64,000 nucleotides of DNA from the IMG/VR virus record IMGVR_UViG_3300035670_000008, positions 1 through 64,000 of that record; one strand, given 5' to 3'. The translations under genes and the position numbers were made by a program. Shown here in pieces: positions 16,472 to 25,642 of this stretch; position 1 is the stretch's first letter; the number at the start of each line of letters is the position of its first letter. The notes under the pieces were generated by a model. The model saw only the letters and a list, made by a program, of their open reading frames with translations, was not told the DNA's origin and did not search any database.

Positions 16472-16762
16472 TTAGCGTTGGGGTGGGATGGACTTTTTAA
16501 GTAGTTCGGTTAGCTTCCACTTTAGGTAGCTGTAGTATAGGTAGCTAACAACCATGCCGGGCAGTAAACAGATACGTTCAATGTGCTCCATGAACGTTAG
16601 CTTCCTGTCCGGCTCAAACAACTCCCGGCGGTCGAAGGAGTTGTGGACGACTATTAATGACCCATCTATAGATATCTGTACCTTGGGCCGGCACGGGCAT
16701 AAAACGCTTTCGACATGCTCGTAGTAATCATCCACAGGGACTACATGTAAGGTGGGCTTCAC
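16472..16762 (-). CDS. hypothetical protein
   Basis: HVVPVDD..EH...CPCRP...VVHNSFDRRE pattern. Confidence 0.65.
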   Translation of the reverse strand: MKPTLHVVPVDDYYEHVESVLCPCRPKVQISIDGSLIVVHNSFDRRELFEPDRKLTFMEHIERICLLPGMVVSYLYYSYLKWKLTELLKKSIPPQR

Positions 16763-16992
16763 TCCGTAGCCTCCTTTTCTATCAACTGTTTCTTGCTAGC
16801 TTTAAGTTGCTTCCACAGAGCCTTAATTTGTTTGTAGGCTTCGGCTGACTCAAGCTTGCCCCCGCTCTCCAAACTAACGATAATCGATACCCGATTCTGG
16901 AATTCCTGGAGGTTCGCATCAAAAGCTAGGTTCTGGGGAGTGAACCGACCGTAGTAGCGGGACTGGGGATACAGGAAGCTGTCTTTATCCAT
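16759..16992 (-). CDS. conserved cyanobacterial small protein (host-like)
   Basis: FLYPQSRYYGRFTPQNLAFDANLQEF..RV....LE.GGK....AY.QIK.LWKQLK.SKK, recognised as a cyanobacterial family. Confidence 0.8.
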   Translation of the reverse strand: MDKDSFLYPQSRYYGRFTPQNLAFDANLQEFQNRVSIIVSLESGGKLESAEAYKQIKALWKQLKASKKQLIEKEATE

Positions 16993-16995
16993 TTG

Positions 16996-17265
16996 TTAAA
17001 GCCTCATTAATACTAAAGGACGAATTTCTACTGTGTCGCCGCCGTCTTGGTGCTTCACAAATAACCTGCCATACTCGATGAAGTACTCGTCTGTAGGTGT
17101 GCAGTAGACTACAGTGCAGTTGTTGTACTCGTCGCAATTTACATACCCTAAGCCTAGCTTGCCAGGTTCACTGACTAACTTAGCTACGATATAGCCGTTG
17201 ACGCCGATACACTCAGCTTTGTCTAGGATTCTTAAAAAGTCGTCGTAGCTAAGGGGTGACTTCAT
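16996..17265 (-). CDS. hypothetical protein
   Basis: packed ORF. Confidence 0.55.
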   Translation of the reverse strand: MKSPLSYDDFLRILDKAECIGVNGYIVAKLVSEPGKLGLGYVNCDEYNNCTVVYCTPTDEYFIEYGRLFVKHQDGGDTVEIRPLVLMRL

Positions 17266-17548
17266 TGTTAACCCCCGCTCTTTCCAAAACTAAGTTAGCT
17301 AACTCCACCGCTTTCTCTTTGGTTAGGATAGTTTCCCCGTAAGGGCGGGTTAACTTATCCCCAAAGATATAGCGGAGTCCAATCCGTAGCCGCTGCAGAA
17401 AGCCGCCGTGATTTAGGTGGACTCCAAAGACAATCTCTTCGATGTCCTCTTCATTAGCAGTGAAAGGGCTATCCCAAGTAAACTGACTGACGACGATGTG
17501 GTGTTCAGCGGTGCCACATTCACAAACAAAGAAGTCGTGTCTGATCAT
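17249..17548 (-). CDS. conserved phage hypothetical protein
   Basis: FFVCEC...EH...VHL..GFLQRL..GLRYIFG. Confidence 0.65.
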   Translation of the reverse strand: MIRHDFFVCECGTAEHHIVVSQFTWDSPFTANEEDIEEIVFGVHLNHGGFLQRLRIGLRYIFGDKLTRPYGETILTKEKAVELANLVLERAGVNNEVTP

Positions 17549-18153
17549 AGGGTTTCCTCCAATACAGCGCGTTCTTTACCTAAGTCACGGTTGACTGCCC
17601 GTTCGCTAGAGAATTTATCACCATAGCGGGTATACAGTTTCACCAGGTTCTTTCTGAACACTGGGGAAAGTCCGCTGTTATTGTCGGAAACGATCCAGGG
17701 GATGTGCATATACCAGGTCAAATCGCCCAATTCTTCAATAATGTTAATCCCGTCGAGTTCTTCTTTTTCAACGATAGCTCGGTAAAGAGCGTTGACCAGC
17801 TCGGCAGCTTCCGTGGCTACACCTAAGATGGAGTGAATCAACCGGCGGTCGATTAGCACGTCGTCCCAGCTATCTACTGTTATGTAAGGGTTACCATACT
17901 CACTCCTGTGGTGGTCGGCTTGTTCTTCGACAGTGGTGTATTTGTTATCCCCGTAGAACAAACTCTTCTTCAATTCGTCCAAGCCGTCGCTAATCTCTAG
18001 GAACTGCTCCATAATAGCCATGGCCGTAGCTATGGGGTAGCGGTCGCCATGCCAAGAGTTCGACAAAGTGCAGCTAGCCCCTTCACAGTACTCTTGCCAA
18101 GTGATGTCTTCGCCATTAAGGCACTTTTCAATTACTGGGTGCATGTCTTTCAA
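17545..18153 (-). CDS. mazG: MazG-like nucleotide pyrophosphohydrolase
   Basis: HSILGVATEAAEL...EELGDLTWY...N..KL..RY. Confidence 0.85.
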   Translation of the reverse strand: MKDMHPVIEKCLNGEDITWQEYCEGASCTLSNSWHGDRYPIATAMAIMEQFLEISDGLDELKKSLFYGDNKYTTVEEQADHHRSEYGNPYITVDSWDDVLIDRRLIHSILGVATEAAELVNALYRAIVEKEELDGINIIEELGDLTWYMHIPWIVSDNNSGLSPVFRKNLVKLYTRYGDKFSSERAVNRDLGKERAVLEETL

Positions 18154-18168
18154 GTAGTGGTTATTGGT

Positions 18169-18663
18169 CTATGGTACTTCGCAAACGAATCGGTAGACTG
18201 TTTGCAATAAACTTTGGGGGTACAAGTTGGCGTGGAGGTCTTTGTCAAAGTAGACATCTAGCAGACAGCCTAGGATTTGCTCCTGCAGTTCTTTGACTAA
18301 GAAGTCTGAGAACTGTAGCGCCCGCTTCCAAATGGCTCCCTTCTTATCTTTCTTGCCGAGGAAATACAGCCGTGCGCCGATAGTAAAGAGTTCTTTGGCT
18401 GGGGAGCTAGTTAACTCATATTGCTGTTTGTTGACAACGAAGCGTCGGCTACGCATAGCAGCCCGGACTTGTTTCGTTAACACCTTGTTCAATTCGGTAG
18501 GTTGAGGCTTCCAAGATAACCCGGAGTTCAACAGAGACTGAAGGGCGTTGCTTAGCTCAATGGTCTTGAACATTGCTAGTGCTTTCTTTTCTTCGGGGGA
18601 CATTAGCTCTAGAAGTGTAGTGATGTAATGTCTATCAAAATCGATTGCCTGTATTGTCTGCAT
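18169..18663 (-). CDS. hypothetical protein
   Basis: ORF. Confidence 0.6.
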   Translation of the reverse strand: MQTIQAIDFDRHYITTLLELMSPEEKKALAMFKTIELSNALQSLLNSGLSWKPQPTELNKVLTKQVRAAMRSRRFVVNKQQYELTSSPAKELFTIGARLYFLGKKDKKGAIWKRALQFSDFLVKELQEQILGCLLDVYFDKDLHANLYPQSLLQTVYRFVCEVP

Positions 18664-18665
18664 AA

Positions 18666-18884
18666 TTAGCTTTCTACATGTGGGTGCTCAAACATAATGA
18701 TTTCTCCTAGCGGCGGGATGCCGTTAAAACCAACAACAACGTAGTGTCGGTCGTTGTAGCTATACCGGTCTCCGCGCGTAGGTTTGTCGAAATGTGCCCA
18801 GTCATGAAAGATAGGAACACTCTGATTAGTATCTCGTAAGAAAATACCGTACACTCCGCTTAACATAGGTTTGTTTGCTGCCAT
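18666..18884 (-). CDS. hypothetical protein
   Basis: ORF. Confidence 0.5.
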   Translation of the reverse strand: MAANKPMLSGVYGIFLRDTNQSVPIFHDWAHFDKPTRGDRYSYNDRHYVVVGFNGIPPLGEIIMFEHPHVES

Positions 18885-18915
18885 AGCTTGTACATGGTTG
18901 ACGTCTCGCTTTAAT

Positions 18916-19479
18916 CTAGCTTTCTTTGGTATAGGTTACACCAGCTGGGCTTACTACAATGCCGGTTGTTTCATAATCTGTTACAACTTCTAGTAGTCGG
19001 TTTTGTCTTACTAGAAGTTGGTCTAGTAGACAGGCTAGGTAATAATTGAACTCTAGGCGTGGATTATCCCTGATTAAGATTGAGATGGCTTCTCGCTCGT
19101 TGTAGCCACGTAGCACTAGATACCCCAACGCGTAGGTGTTAGCTACGTCTTCATTATCTACAAAGATAAAATGAGGGGTAAGTTGTTTCTTTAGGCAATA
19201 GGCTACAAAGTCTAAGTAAACACTAAAGCTTTCTAATGCTTGTGACCAGAAGGCTTCCTCTGACTCATCGTCGAAGTCATCCGGCTTAGAGGTCTGCCAG
19301 ACGTTTGCGACATAAGCATTCTCTAGTTTAGACAGCCTTGCTTCCATTCCTGGTGGGTTTATAAGGAATATGGCTAGCCCGTCGGTGGCTACGTCATGCA
19401 GTCTGAGGTGCAGACCAAATAACGCCACGTTCTCTACTTTGACTTTACCTTTGGCGTCAACCTCGGCGGTGGTAAACAT
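18916..19479 (-). CDS. hypothetical protein, possibly a degenerate tyrosine-phosphatase fold
   Basis: C-terminal EAISIL..NP...N....LLDQLL.RQNRL; no CX5R motif. Confidence 0.4.
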   Translation of the reverse strand: MFTTAEVDAKGKVKVENVALFGLHLRLHDVATDGLAIFLINPPGMEARLSKLENAYVANVWQTSKPDDFDDESEEAFWSQALESFSVYLDFVAYCLKKQLTPHFIFVDNEDVANTYALGYLVLRGYNEREAISILIRDNPRLEFNYYLACLLDQLLVRQNRLLEVVTDYETTGIVVSPAGVTYTKES

Positions 19480-19525
19480 ATAGGCAATAAATGAGTTTCT
19501 AGTATTCTACTGGTCATCTTCATTT

Positions 19526-19559
19526 AAAGAAAGAGCTCGTCCTATTAAATAGAACGAGC
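19526..19559 (-). terminator. terminator of the RNR operon
   Basis: GCTCGTTCTATT/AATAGGACGAGC hairpin followed by TCTTTCTTT. Confidence 0.65.
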
Positions 19560-19581
19560 ATCTCCCAACTACGCTATTGCT

Positions 19582-22425
19582 TTATCCGTGACAAGCGAGG
19601 CACTCCTCAGCACCACCTTCCTTTAGCTTACCAATACTTGCCTGAGTTCGGCTAGGTAAATCAGCTTGGCTAGCGGATTCACTGCGGCAGTAGTAGAGGG
19701 TCTTTAGACCTTTCTTCCAGGCTTGGTAATGGACGCGGGTGTAATAGGTTTCATCTACATCCTTGGTAAAGAATAGATTGACGGACTGGGCCTGCCCTTG
19801 CCGGTGCTTGTCCATTAGTTTCTGCCGGTCAGCCGCCTGGTTGATAATCTCCATTTGGTTGATTTCCCGGGCGGTTAAGAAGACTTCTTTCTCTTCGTCG
19901 GTTAGGAAGTCCAGGTGCTGCACACTACCCTTAGCAGCGACGATAGTATCCCAAACCTCTGGGGTGTCTTTGCCACGGTTAGCCAGTAGCTGCTTGAAGA
20001 TAGGGTTGTAGTAAAGGATAACTCCCTTAGCACCCCGCTTCTCAAAGCAGTTAGCTGCTAGTGGCTCGATGCCTGCGGAGACATGACCACAGATTAGAGA
20101 GTTAGATACCGTAGGCGCGCAGGTTAACGTATGAGTATGACGTAACCCTGTGCCTTTACACCACTCCGGCTCGCCATAGATTTTAGCTAAGTCTTTGCTG
20201 GCTAGGTTAGTCTCATCAGCGAGTTTGTTGAAGATGACTTTATTCAGCAGCCGGGCTTGGTAAGACTCGAAGGGAATCATCTTCTGCTGCAGCAGGGTAT
20301 GATAACCCAGTACCCCTAGACCTAACATCCGACTCTTCTCCGCAAAGCGGACAGCATTCTCGAAGCCAACCATTCGGCTAGCCTTATCAATATACTCTTG
20401 AATAACACCTTCCAAGAACCAGATGGCGTAGTAGATAGCCTTGGTATCTTTCCACTCTTCCCAGCGGGCTAGGTTCATGGAAGACAAACAGCAAACAAAG
20501 GTATGAAGCTCGTCAGTGTAGGCGGTTATCTCGCTGCAATTGCCTGTCATACGGCCATCAGCCAAAGCAAACTTATGAGTGCTAGGAACCTCCGTGCAGT
20601 AAGTTGGAACTGGGTCTACGTCTATGATTTCAACTTTTTGTACTTTTCCGTAGGTAGGTTTAGTGTTATAAGCACCTCGTTTCGTTGGACGCTCGAACTT
20701 CGGTAGTCTTGAGAAGCAGCATACGTCAGCTAGTTTATAGGCGCTGGAATTGGAGACAGTCAGACGGTAGCAGGCCGCTGTGCTGTACTCTCCGTAACCA
20801 TCATTAAAATCCGTTTTACCGGCTGCACGCATACAATTAAGGCTGCTATAAATGCCGAGGCTTTTTAGAAGCAGCTGTATTTGTTCTAGAAAACCTTTGT
20901 GGATGCTTGCTAGTTGGTAACAGCGGGCATCCCGACTGTTTACAACTGTTCCATCCCCGTCAAACAATCCTGCTAGGAATTCTACCTTACTAGTAAACGT
21001 CCAATCTAAGTATTCTTCTGGTAGCTGCTTTTTGTATTCCTTGCACCAAGGATAGAGAGATGCTTTTCGCGCTGTTAGCCCTAGAACGTTAACTCGGTTT
21101 TCACCAGCCATCTTAACATTAGCTTCTGTTATGCACGCGTCGTTGCAGTTTTCGTCGATCGATAAGGAGTTTACACCAGAAAGAATCCGCTCCTGGCACA
21201 TATACTTTGTGTCGTATAGCCACAGAATCGGTTTTCCATTGTAGCTAGTTCCATCGGCGGCTAAGAAACCTTTAAGGTAGGCGGCTTCGAGCTCCACGTT
21301 TCCGTTGTATTGGACTGCGTGTGTTTCCACAGTCATACTGTGCTTGAGGTCCTTAGCTTCCACAAAACCAAAGGCTTCGGTAGGAAAGCGGTGGTTTAAA
21401 GTAACACGGGTTTTACTTCCGTCTCGGAATGTAACTTCTACGAGTTGGTTAGTATGCCCCTTATACTCAAAGGAATTGTTTTGTACCCACTGCTCCCCAT
21501 CCCAGATGGTCACAGTTTTTCCTACGAGGTCTTTTATCTGTTTGGGGCCTTCTGATGTAGCCACCAGCTCTTCACCTAACAGACAGATATTACTAGCTGT
21601 TACCTTTAGATTATTGTTTAAGTAACCAAGCGGAAGGATATCGGGGTTGTTGACGTTGTCTGTGAAGAATAGATAAGGCTCGCCTGTCTCCTTCCGAGTC
21701 TTTAGAATTTCGGTATAAAGTTCGACTGCTTCTGGGTCGCCGCTCTCGATAGCGTGCATATCAGCGTCACTAATACACACCGCATGGTGGAGATTCATGC
21801 AGCGTTGGTTCTCATCCCCTTGGGGACGGCGCATCCGCAGGAACTCCCGAATGTCCTTGTGGTTAAAAGGCAGATACATTGCTGTAGCCCCGCGGCGAGT
21901 CTGCCCTTGGGAAGTAGCTATGGTTGCTGAATCAAAGACCTTACACCAAGGGATGACTCCTTCTGAATAGCCCCCACTGTGAATAGGCTCACCTCGGCCT
22001 CGTACATTCCCGATATATACACCTACACCTGCCCCTTTACTAGATAGATGAGACAGCTCTTTAACCGAGCTAAAGATTCCATGCAAAGAGTCAGATACGC
22101 TAATGGTATTGCATGAGATGGGCAACCCACGGTCGGTACCCATATTACTCAACACAGGTGTAGCTGGGCCTAGCCAGCCGTGCCACATCATTGAAAAGAA
22201 GATGGGGGCTAGCTCGGGTTTACTAAGCCTGGCTGCCACGGCGTTAGCCACACGCTTATACATATCCCAAGGGGTTTCCCCTTCTAGTAGATACCCATGT
22301 TTAAGGGTGTGTAGACCCTCTGGAGTCATCCAGTAAGGCTGCTCGTTGACGGGCTTGTGACGAATGAGTGGAATACCGTGAACTTCTTGAGTGGCGGCGG
22401 CAGGGGGGATAGGAAAGATGAACAT
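19582..22425 (-). CDS. nrdA: class Ia ribonucleotide reductase alpha subunit containing an intein
   Basis: PATPVLSN, ISC, SQG..RRGA, TGEPY, SNI|C...N|CSEI, APTVSNS, GLKTLYY, C-terminal CLAC. Confidence 0.95.
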   Translation of the reverse strand: MFIFPIPPAAATQEVHGIPLIRHKPVNEQPYWMTPEGLHTLKHGYLLEGETPWDMYKRVANAVAARLSKPELAPIFFSMMWHGWLGPATPVLSNMGTDRGLPISCNTISVSDSLHGIFSSVKELSHLSSKGAGVGVYIGNVRGRGEPIHSGGYSEGVIPWCKVFDSATIATSQGQTRRGATAMYLPFNHKDIREFLRMRRPQGDENQRCMNLHHAVCISDADMHAIESGDPEAVELYTEILKTRKETGEPYLFFTDNVNNPDILPLGYLNNNLKVTASNICLLGEELVATSEGPKQIKDLVGKTVTIWDGEQWVQNNSFEYKGHTNQLVEVTFRDGSKTRVTLNHRFPTEAFGFVEAKDLKHSMTVETHAVQYNGNVELEAAYLKGFLAADGTSYNGKPILWLYDTKYMCQERILSGVNSLSIDENCNDACITEANVKMAGENRVNVLGLTARKASLYPWCKEYKKQLPEEYLDWTFTSKVEFLAGLFDGDGTVVNSRDARCYQLASIHKGFLEQIQLLLKSLGIYSSLNCMRAAGKTDFNDGYGEYSTAACYRLTVSNSSAYKLADVCCFSRLPKFERPTKRGAYNTKPTYGKVQKVEIIDVDPVPTYCTEVPSTHKFALADGRMTGNCSEITAYTDELHTFVCCLSSMNLARWEEWKDTKAIYYAIWFLEGVIQEYIDKASRMVGFENAVRFAEKSRMLGLGVLGYHTLLQQKMIPFESYQARLLNKVIFNKLADETNLASKDLAKIYGEPEWCKGTGLRHTHTLTCAPTVSNSLICGHVSAGIEPLAANCFEKRGAKGVILYYNPIFKQLLANRGKDTPEVWDTIVAAKGSVQHLDFLTDEEKEVFLTAREINQMEIINQAADRQKLMDKHRQGQAQSVNLFFTKDVDETYYTRVHYQAWKKGLKTLYYCRSESASQADLPSRTQASIGKLKEGGAEECLACHG
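20539..21585 (-). mobile_element. 349-aa intein with LAGLIDADG homing endonuclease
   Basis: starts CLLGEELV; block B VTLNHRF; YLKGFLAADG and FLAGLFDGDG; ends MTGN before C-extein Cys. Confidence 0.93.
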
Positions 22426-22480
22426 ATCTTATTCCTGATTAAAACTAAGGTGGATAAATTTAAGGAGTGCAGCGTAGAGA

Positions 22481-23464
22481 TTAAACTTCAGCCAAGACGG
22501 CGTTCCAGTTGATTAGGTCAGGGTTGAAGTTACCTTTGGCATAGTTAGTGACGCGGGCGGCGAAGAAGTCAGTGGATTGCTCACCAGCGGTCATTAGATA
22601 GAACCAGTCAGCTACACTACGGACGACTTGGTCATCGACTTCATACAGAGCGCTTAGACCTAAGTCAGATAGCTTCAAGTTGGCGCGGTGCTTAATGAAC
22701 TCTTTGACCTGCTCAGCGTTCAACCCCTCCATCTTGTGTTGGTTGAACACCATGTCGATGAAGTTGAACTCTAGCTCTACGGTTAGCTTAGCAGCTTCGA
22801 TAATCTGGTCGTAGAGGTCAGTTTCCTTAGCTAGGTAAGGGTACTCTTCCATCAAAGTACGGAACAGCCAGCAGCCGGCTTCAGTATGTATCAACTCGTC
22901 CCGAACCGAAAAAGTAATGATTTCCCCTACCCCTTTGAGTAAGTTACGGGTAGAGAAGTGAAGTAGGATAGCAAAACTGCTGTAGAGACTAACACCTTCG
23001 CCGAAGCCAGAATAAACAGCTAAAGATAGTGCTTTGTCGTACATAGTGTCATCTGTATGATGAACAAGGTTATCGATCTTAGCCGCGGCGGTTGGCTCTT
23101 GAAGGAAAGCGTCGTATTCCTCTAATCCTAAAGTCTCATTAAGGTAGTTATAGCTCTTAGCGTGAATACCTTCCCACGCTGCAAATGTAGCTGCCATCAT
23201 TCTGACTTCCGGCTTTGGAAACCACTTACTTACCTTTTGCGCCCAGTAGCTACCGATATAGATTTCAACCTGGGTAAAACCTAGTAGCACTCCAGCAATG
23301 ATTTTCTTTTCTTCTTCGGTTAGCTTATGCTCCCAATCGTCTACACAACTGGCCATAGCAATTTCGCTCCACAGCCAATGAGATTGTTGCTGCTTCAACC
23401 AATAGTCGTAGGCAGCATCGTACTCAAAAGGCTGATAAGCACGTCGTTCTTCAATTAACGTCAT
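22481..23464 (-). CDS. nrdB: class Ia ribonucleotide reductase beta subunit
   Basis: E..H..SY, EGVSLYSSF, DE..H di-iron ligands, DFF..RVTNY. Confidence 0.95.
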   Translation of the reverse strand: MTLIEERRAYQPFEYDAAYDYWLKQQQSHWLWSEIAMASCVDDWEHKLTEEEKKIIAGVLLGFTQVEIYIGSYWAQKVSKWFPKPEVRMMAATFAAWEGIHAKSYNYLNETLGLEEYDAFLQEPTAAAKIDNLVHHTDDTMYDKALSLAVYSGFGEGVSLYSSFAILLHFSTRNLLKGVGEIITFSVRDELIHTEAGCWLFRTLMEEYPYLAKETDLYDQIIEAAKLTVELEFNFIDMVFNQHKMEGLNAEQVKEFIKHRANLKLSDLGLSALYEVDDQVVRSVADWFYLMTAGEQSTDFFAARVTNYAKGNFNPDLINWNAVLAEV

Positions 23465-23565
23465 GTGACCGTCCTTACGTCTTCAGGTTTTATTACAGTA
23501 GCTTGTTTTCTAATGTATGACCACCGTCTCTTTAACTTTGTTTTTGGGCTATGCCAAGCACATAG

Positions 23566-23594
23566 AAAAAGGATGACGAACCGTTCGTCATCCT
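23566..23594 (-). terminator. intrinsic terminator
   Basis: AGGATGACGAA-CGG-TTCGTCATCCT followed by TTTT. Confidence 0.8.
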
Positions 23595-23620
23595 CGACAG
23601 TAGTGGCTGTACTTTATCTA

Positions 23621-24343
23621 TTACTTCAGCTTTAAGCCTGTTGGGGCGAGCGCTCTCCCTAAGCCAACTTCGTTGAACCGCTGCATGATTAGATGTGCCT
23701 TCTCAGGTAGAACATCCAGTAGAATCTCTTTGTTGATATGGATAATTTGTTCTATCTTTTGCTGAGCTGTCTGTTTGTTCTGGAATTTCTCCACAACTAC
23801 TGATAGCTGCCGTAGCTCCGAGATGTACTTGACATGATTCTCTGGGTCGTTCTCTAGTCTGGCTAGCATTCGGTAAATCATCGCCCCTAGGTCTTCCCAG
23901 GTACGCTCGTAGTCTAGCGGGGTGGTAGAGCGTACCTTCGCTTGCTCCAGCGGCTTAGATTTGTCATACAGTTCACAGAAGTTCTTAACGGTACTGGCAC
24001 TCAGCTGAAAGCGGGTAGCGATGTCTTTGTAGGACATCTTTGCCTCTCCCCGTAGCCGAATGATTTCTGCCCCAATGCCAAGCTTCTCAATCTTGCTGTG
24101 CCCGATTTGAGTAATCTTAGCAGTCTCCTCTGTGATGCAAAGGACATCATCTTCAGACTCATTTAGGACTTTCAGCAAGGCGTCTGCCCTGGCGCTGATG
24201 GCGGCTACGTCGGCTTTGTTACTTAGAGAGACAATTCCCTCTAAGTCGTGTAGCTGCGAGCAGATAACGTCTAACTGCTCAATAATAGACAGAGCATTGT
24301 TGGCTTTCTGTAAGGCGCCGGCGTCTACATCGTAACTATACAT
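23621..24343 (-). CDS. HTH-containing hypothetical protein
   Basis: MSYKDIATRFQLSASTVKNF. Confidence 0.55.
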   Translation of the reverse strand: MYSYDVDAGALQKANNALSIIEQLDVICSQLHDLEGIVSLSNKADVAAISARADALLKVLNESEDDVLCITEETAKITQIGHSKIEKLGIGAEIIRLRGEAKMSYKDIATRFQLSASTVKNFCELYDKSKPLEQAKVRSTTPLDYERTWEDLGAMIYRMLARLENDPENHVKYISELRQLSVVVEKFQNKQTAQQKIEQIIHINKEILLDVLPEKAHLIMQRFNEVGLGRALAPTGLKLK

Positions 24344-24347
24344 AAGG

Positions 24348-24962
24348 TTATGGTTGATTCATAGCGTTAATTTGGTCTTGCAGGTTAGCTATATCCTGCC
24401 GCAAGTCTAGTATTTGCAGGTCTATGTTACTAAGACTACTCTGCGTGGCAGACGTCCCGCCTTGTAGGCTTGAGATACTATTTAAAGCGCCGTTTAACGA
24501 GCCTTGCAACGACTGCATGTTATTTTGTGTAGACGTTACGTTGTCTTGTAAAGAGCCGATGTTGTTGTTAGCTGTCTCCAAAGCAATCTCTAAGTTTGAG
24601 ATGAGCTGCTGGGCCTCATAGATAAGGTTATCAAGCCCGTCCATTCGGTTGTAGCCATAGATAATAGCTTCCCATAGCTCGTAGATTTCGTACTTGAACA
24701 CATCGATAGCCTGGTTCAGCCGGTCTCTGTTCTCTACTACAGCCGCCGCTAGAGCAGCTAACAGCCCTTCTAACATGCCTACGTTTGAGACAATATATCC
24801 GAACAGATTACCGATGTCTAATGCTTGTCTTCCCTCAATAGAGGCGTAATGCTCCGCGATTCGTGCGTTGGACTGGTCGGTTAACTCTTTAGACCTGGCA
24901 GTTCCACCAAAGTTAACGGGCGGTAACTGTTCTAATTCATGTAGCCTGCTGTAGTGTGTCAT
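24348..24962 (-). CDS. coiled-coil protein
   Basis: long heptad repeat. Confidence 0.6.
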   Translation of the reverse strand: MTHYSRLHELEQLPPVNFGGTARSKELTDQSNARIAEHYASIEGRQALDIGNLFGYIVSNVGMLEGLLAALAAAVVENRDRLNQAIDVFKYEIYELWEAIIYGYNRMDGLDNLIYEAQQLISNLEIALETANNNIGSLQDNVTSTQNNMQSLQGSLNGALNSISSLQGGTSATQSSLSNIDLQILDLRQDIANLQDQINAMNQP

Positions 24963-25642
24963 TTAATAAGGACGCTAAACTCGCTGGGATGTAAGTCTTT
25001 GTGTTTCATAATGAATATTATAGTATCAATAGCTCGCTCCCACTTTGCTCTAAGGGAATACCCGTTCAGACGTAGTTGGTTGGCTATCTCTACGCGGTTA
25101 CCTAAGGACGCCCAAACACTCCAGAGAGTTAGGTACTCTCGCTCGGAGGCTAACGACCGATAGACCTTTACTGCATTCATTACCTCTTGGTTGGAGAACT
25201 TATCCCAAGTAACAGGGTTTCTCCAGTCTCCACCGTAGGGGAACTCCTGCTGTAGATATTTTAAGAAGGATAATCTAATACGATTTATCTCATGCGTGGC
25301 TACAGCGCTTATATCGACTTCTTCGACCGTAGGCTGTGTTTTCTTATCGGCTAATATCTTATAGACTCGGTTCTTGATGTGGCTATTTGTTGTCGGTTTA
25401 CCAGTTGACTTAGCCACCTCGTCCAAGTATTCATAGACTTCTGGGCTAGGTAGGAACTTTACCCTACGCCGCTTACCTACCTCTAAGTTGAAGGAACCCA
25501 GACCTCGTATCGTCAGCCGTCTTGTGTTGGCTAAGGTGAGCACGATATACTCCCTTAGCGCAATCACTATGCTCCCAGTCACTGAGCGAGGTAGGTTAAG
25601 CCGCTCTTCTAAATACTCAGAGAGGCTACCTAAGTTAAGCAT
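24959..25642 (-). CDS. HU/IHF-like domain fused to a C-terminal HTH-like domain
   Basis: LSEYLEERLNL...LTIRGLGSF...RRVKFLPS; C-terminal RVEIANQLRLNGYSL. Confidence 0.6.
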   Translation of the reverse strand: MLNLGSLSEYLEERLNLPRSVTGSIVIALREYIVLTLANTRRLTIRGLGSFNLEVGKRRRVKFLPSPEVYEYLDEVAKSTGKPTTNSHIKNRVYKILADKKTQPTVEEVDISAVATHEINRIRLSFLKYLQQEFPYGGDWRNPVTWDKFSNQEVMNAVKVYRSLASEREYLTLWSVWASLGNRVEIANQLRLNGYSLRAKWERAIDTIIFIMKHKDLHPSEFSVLIK

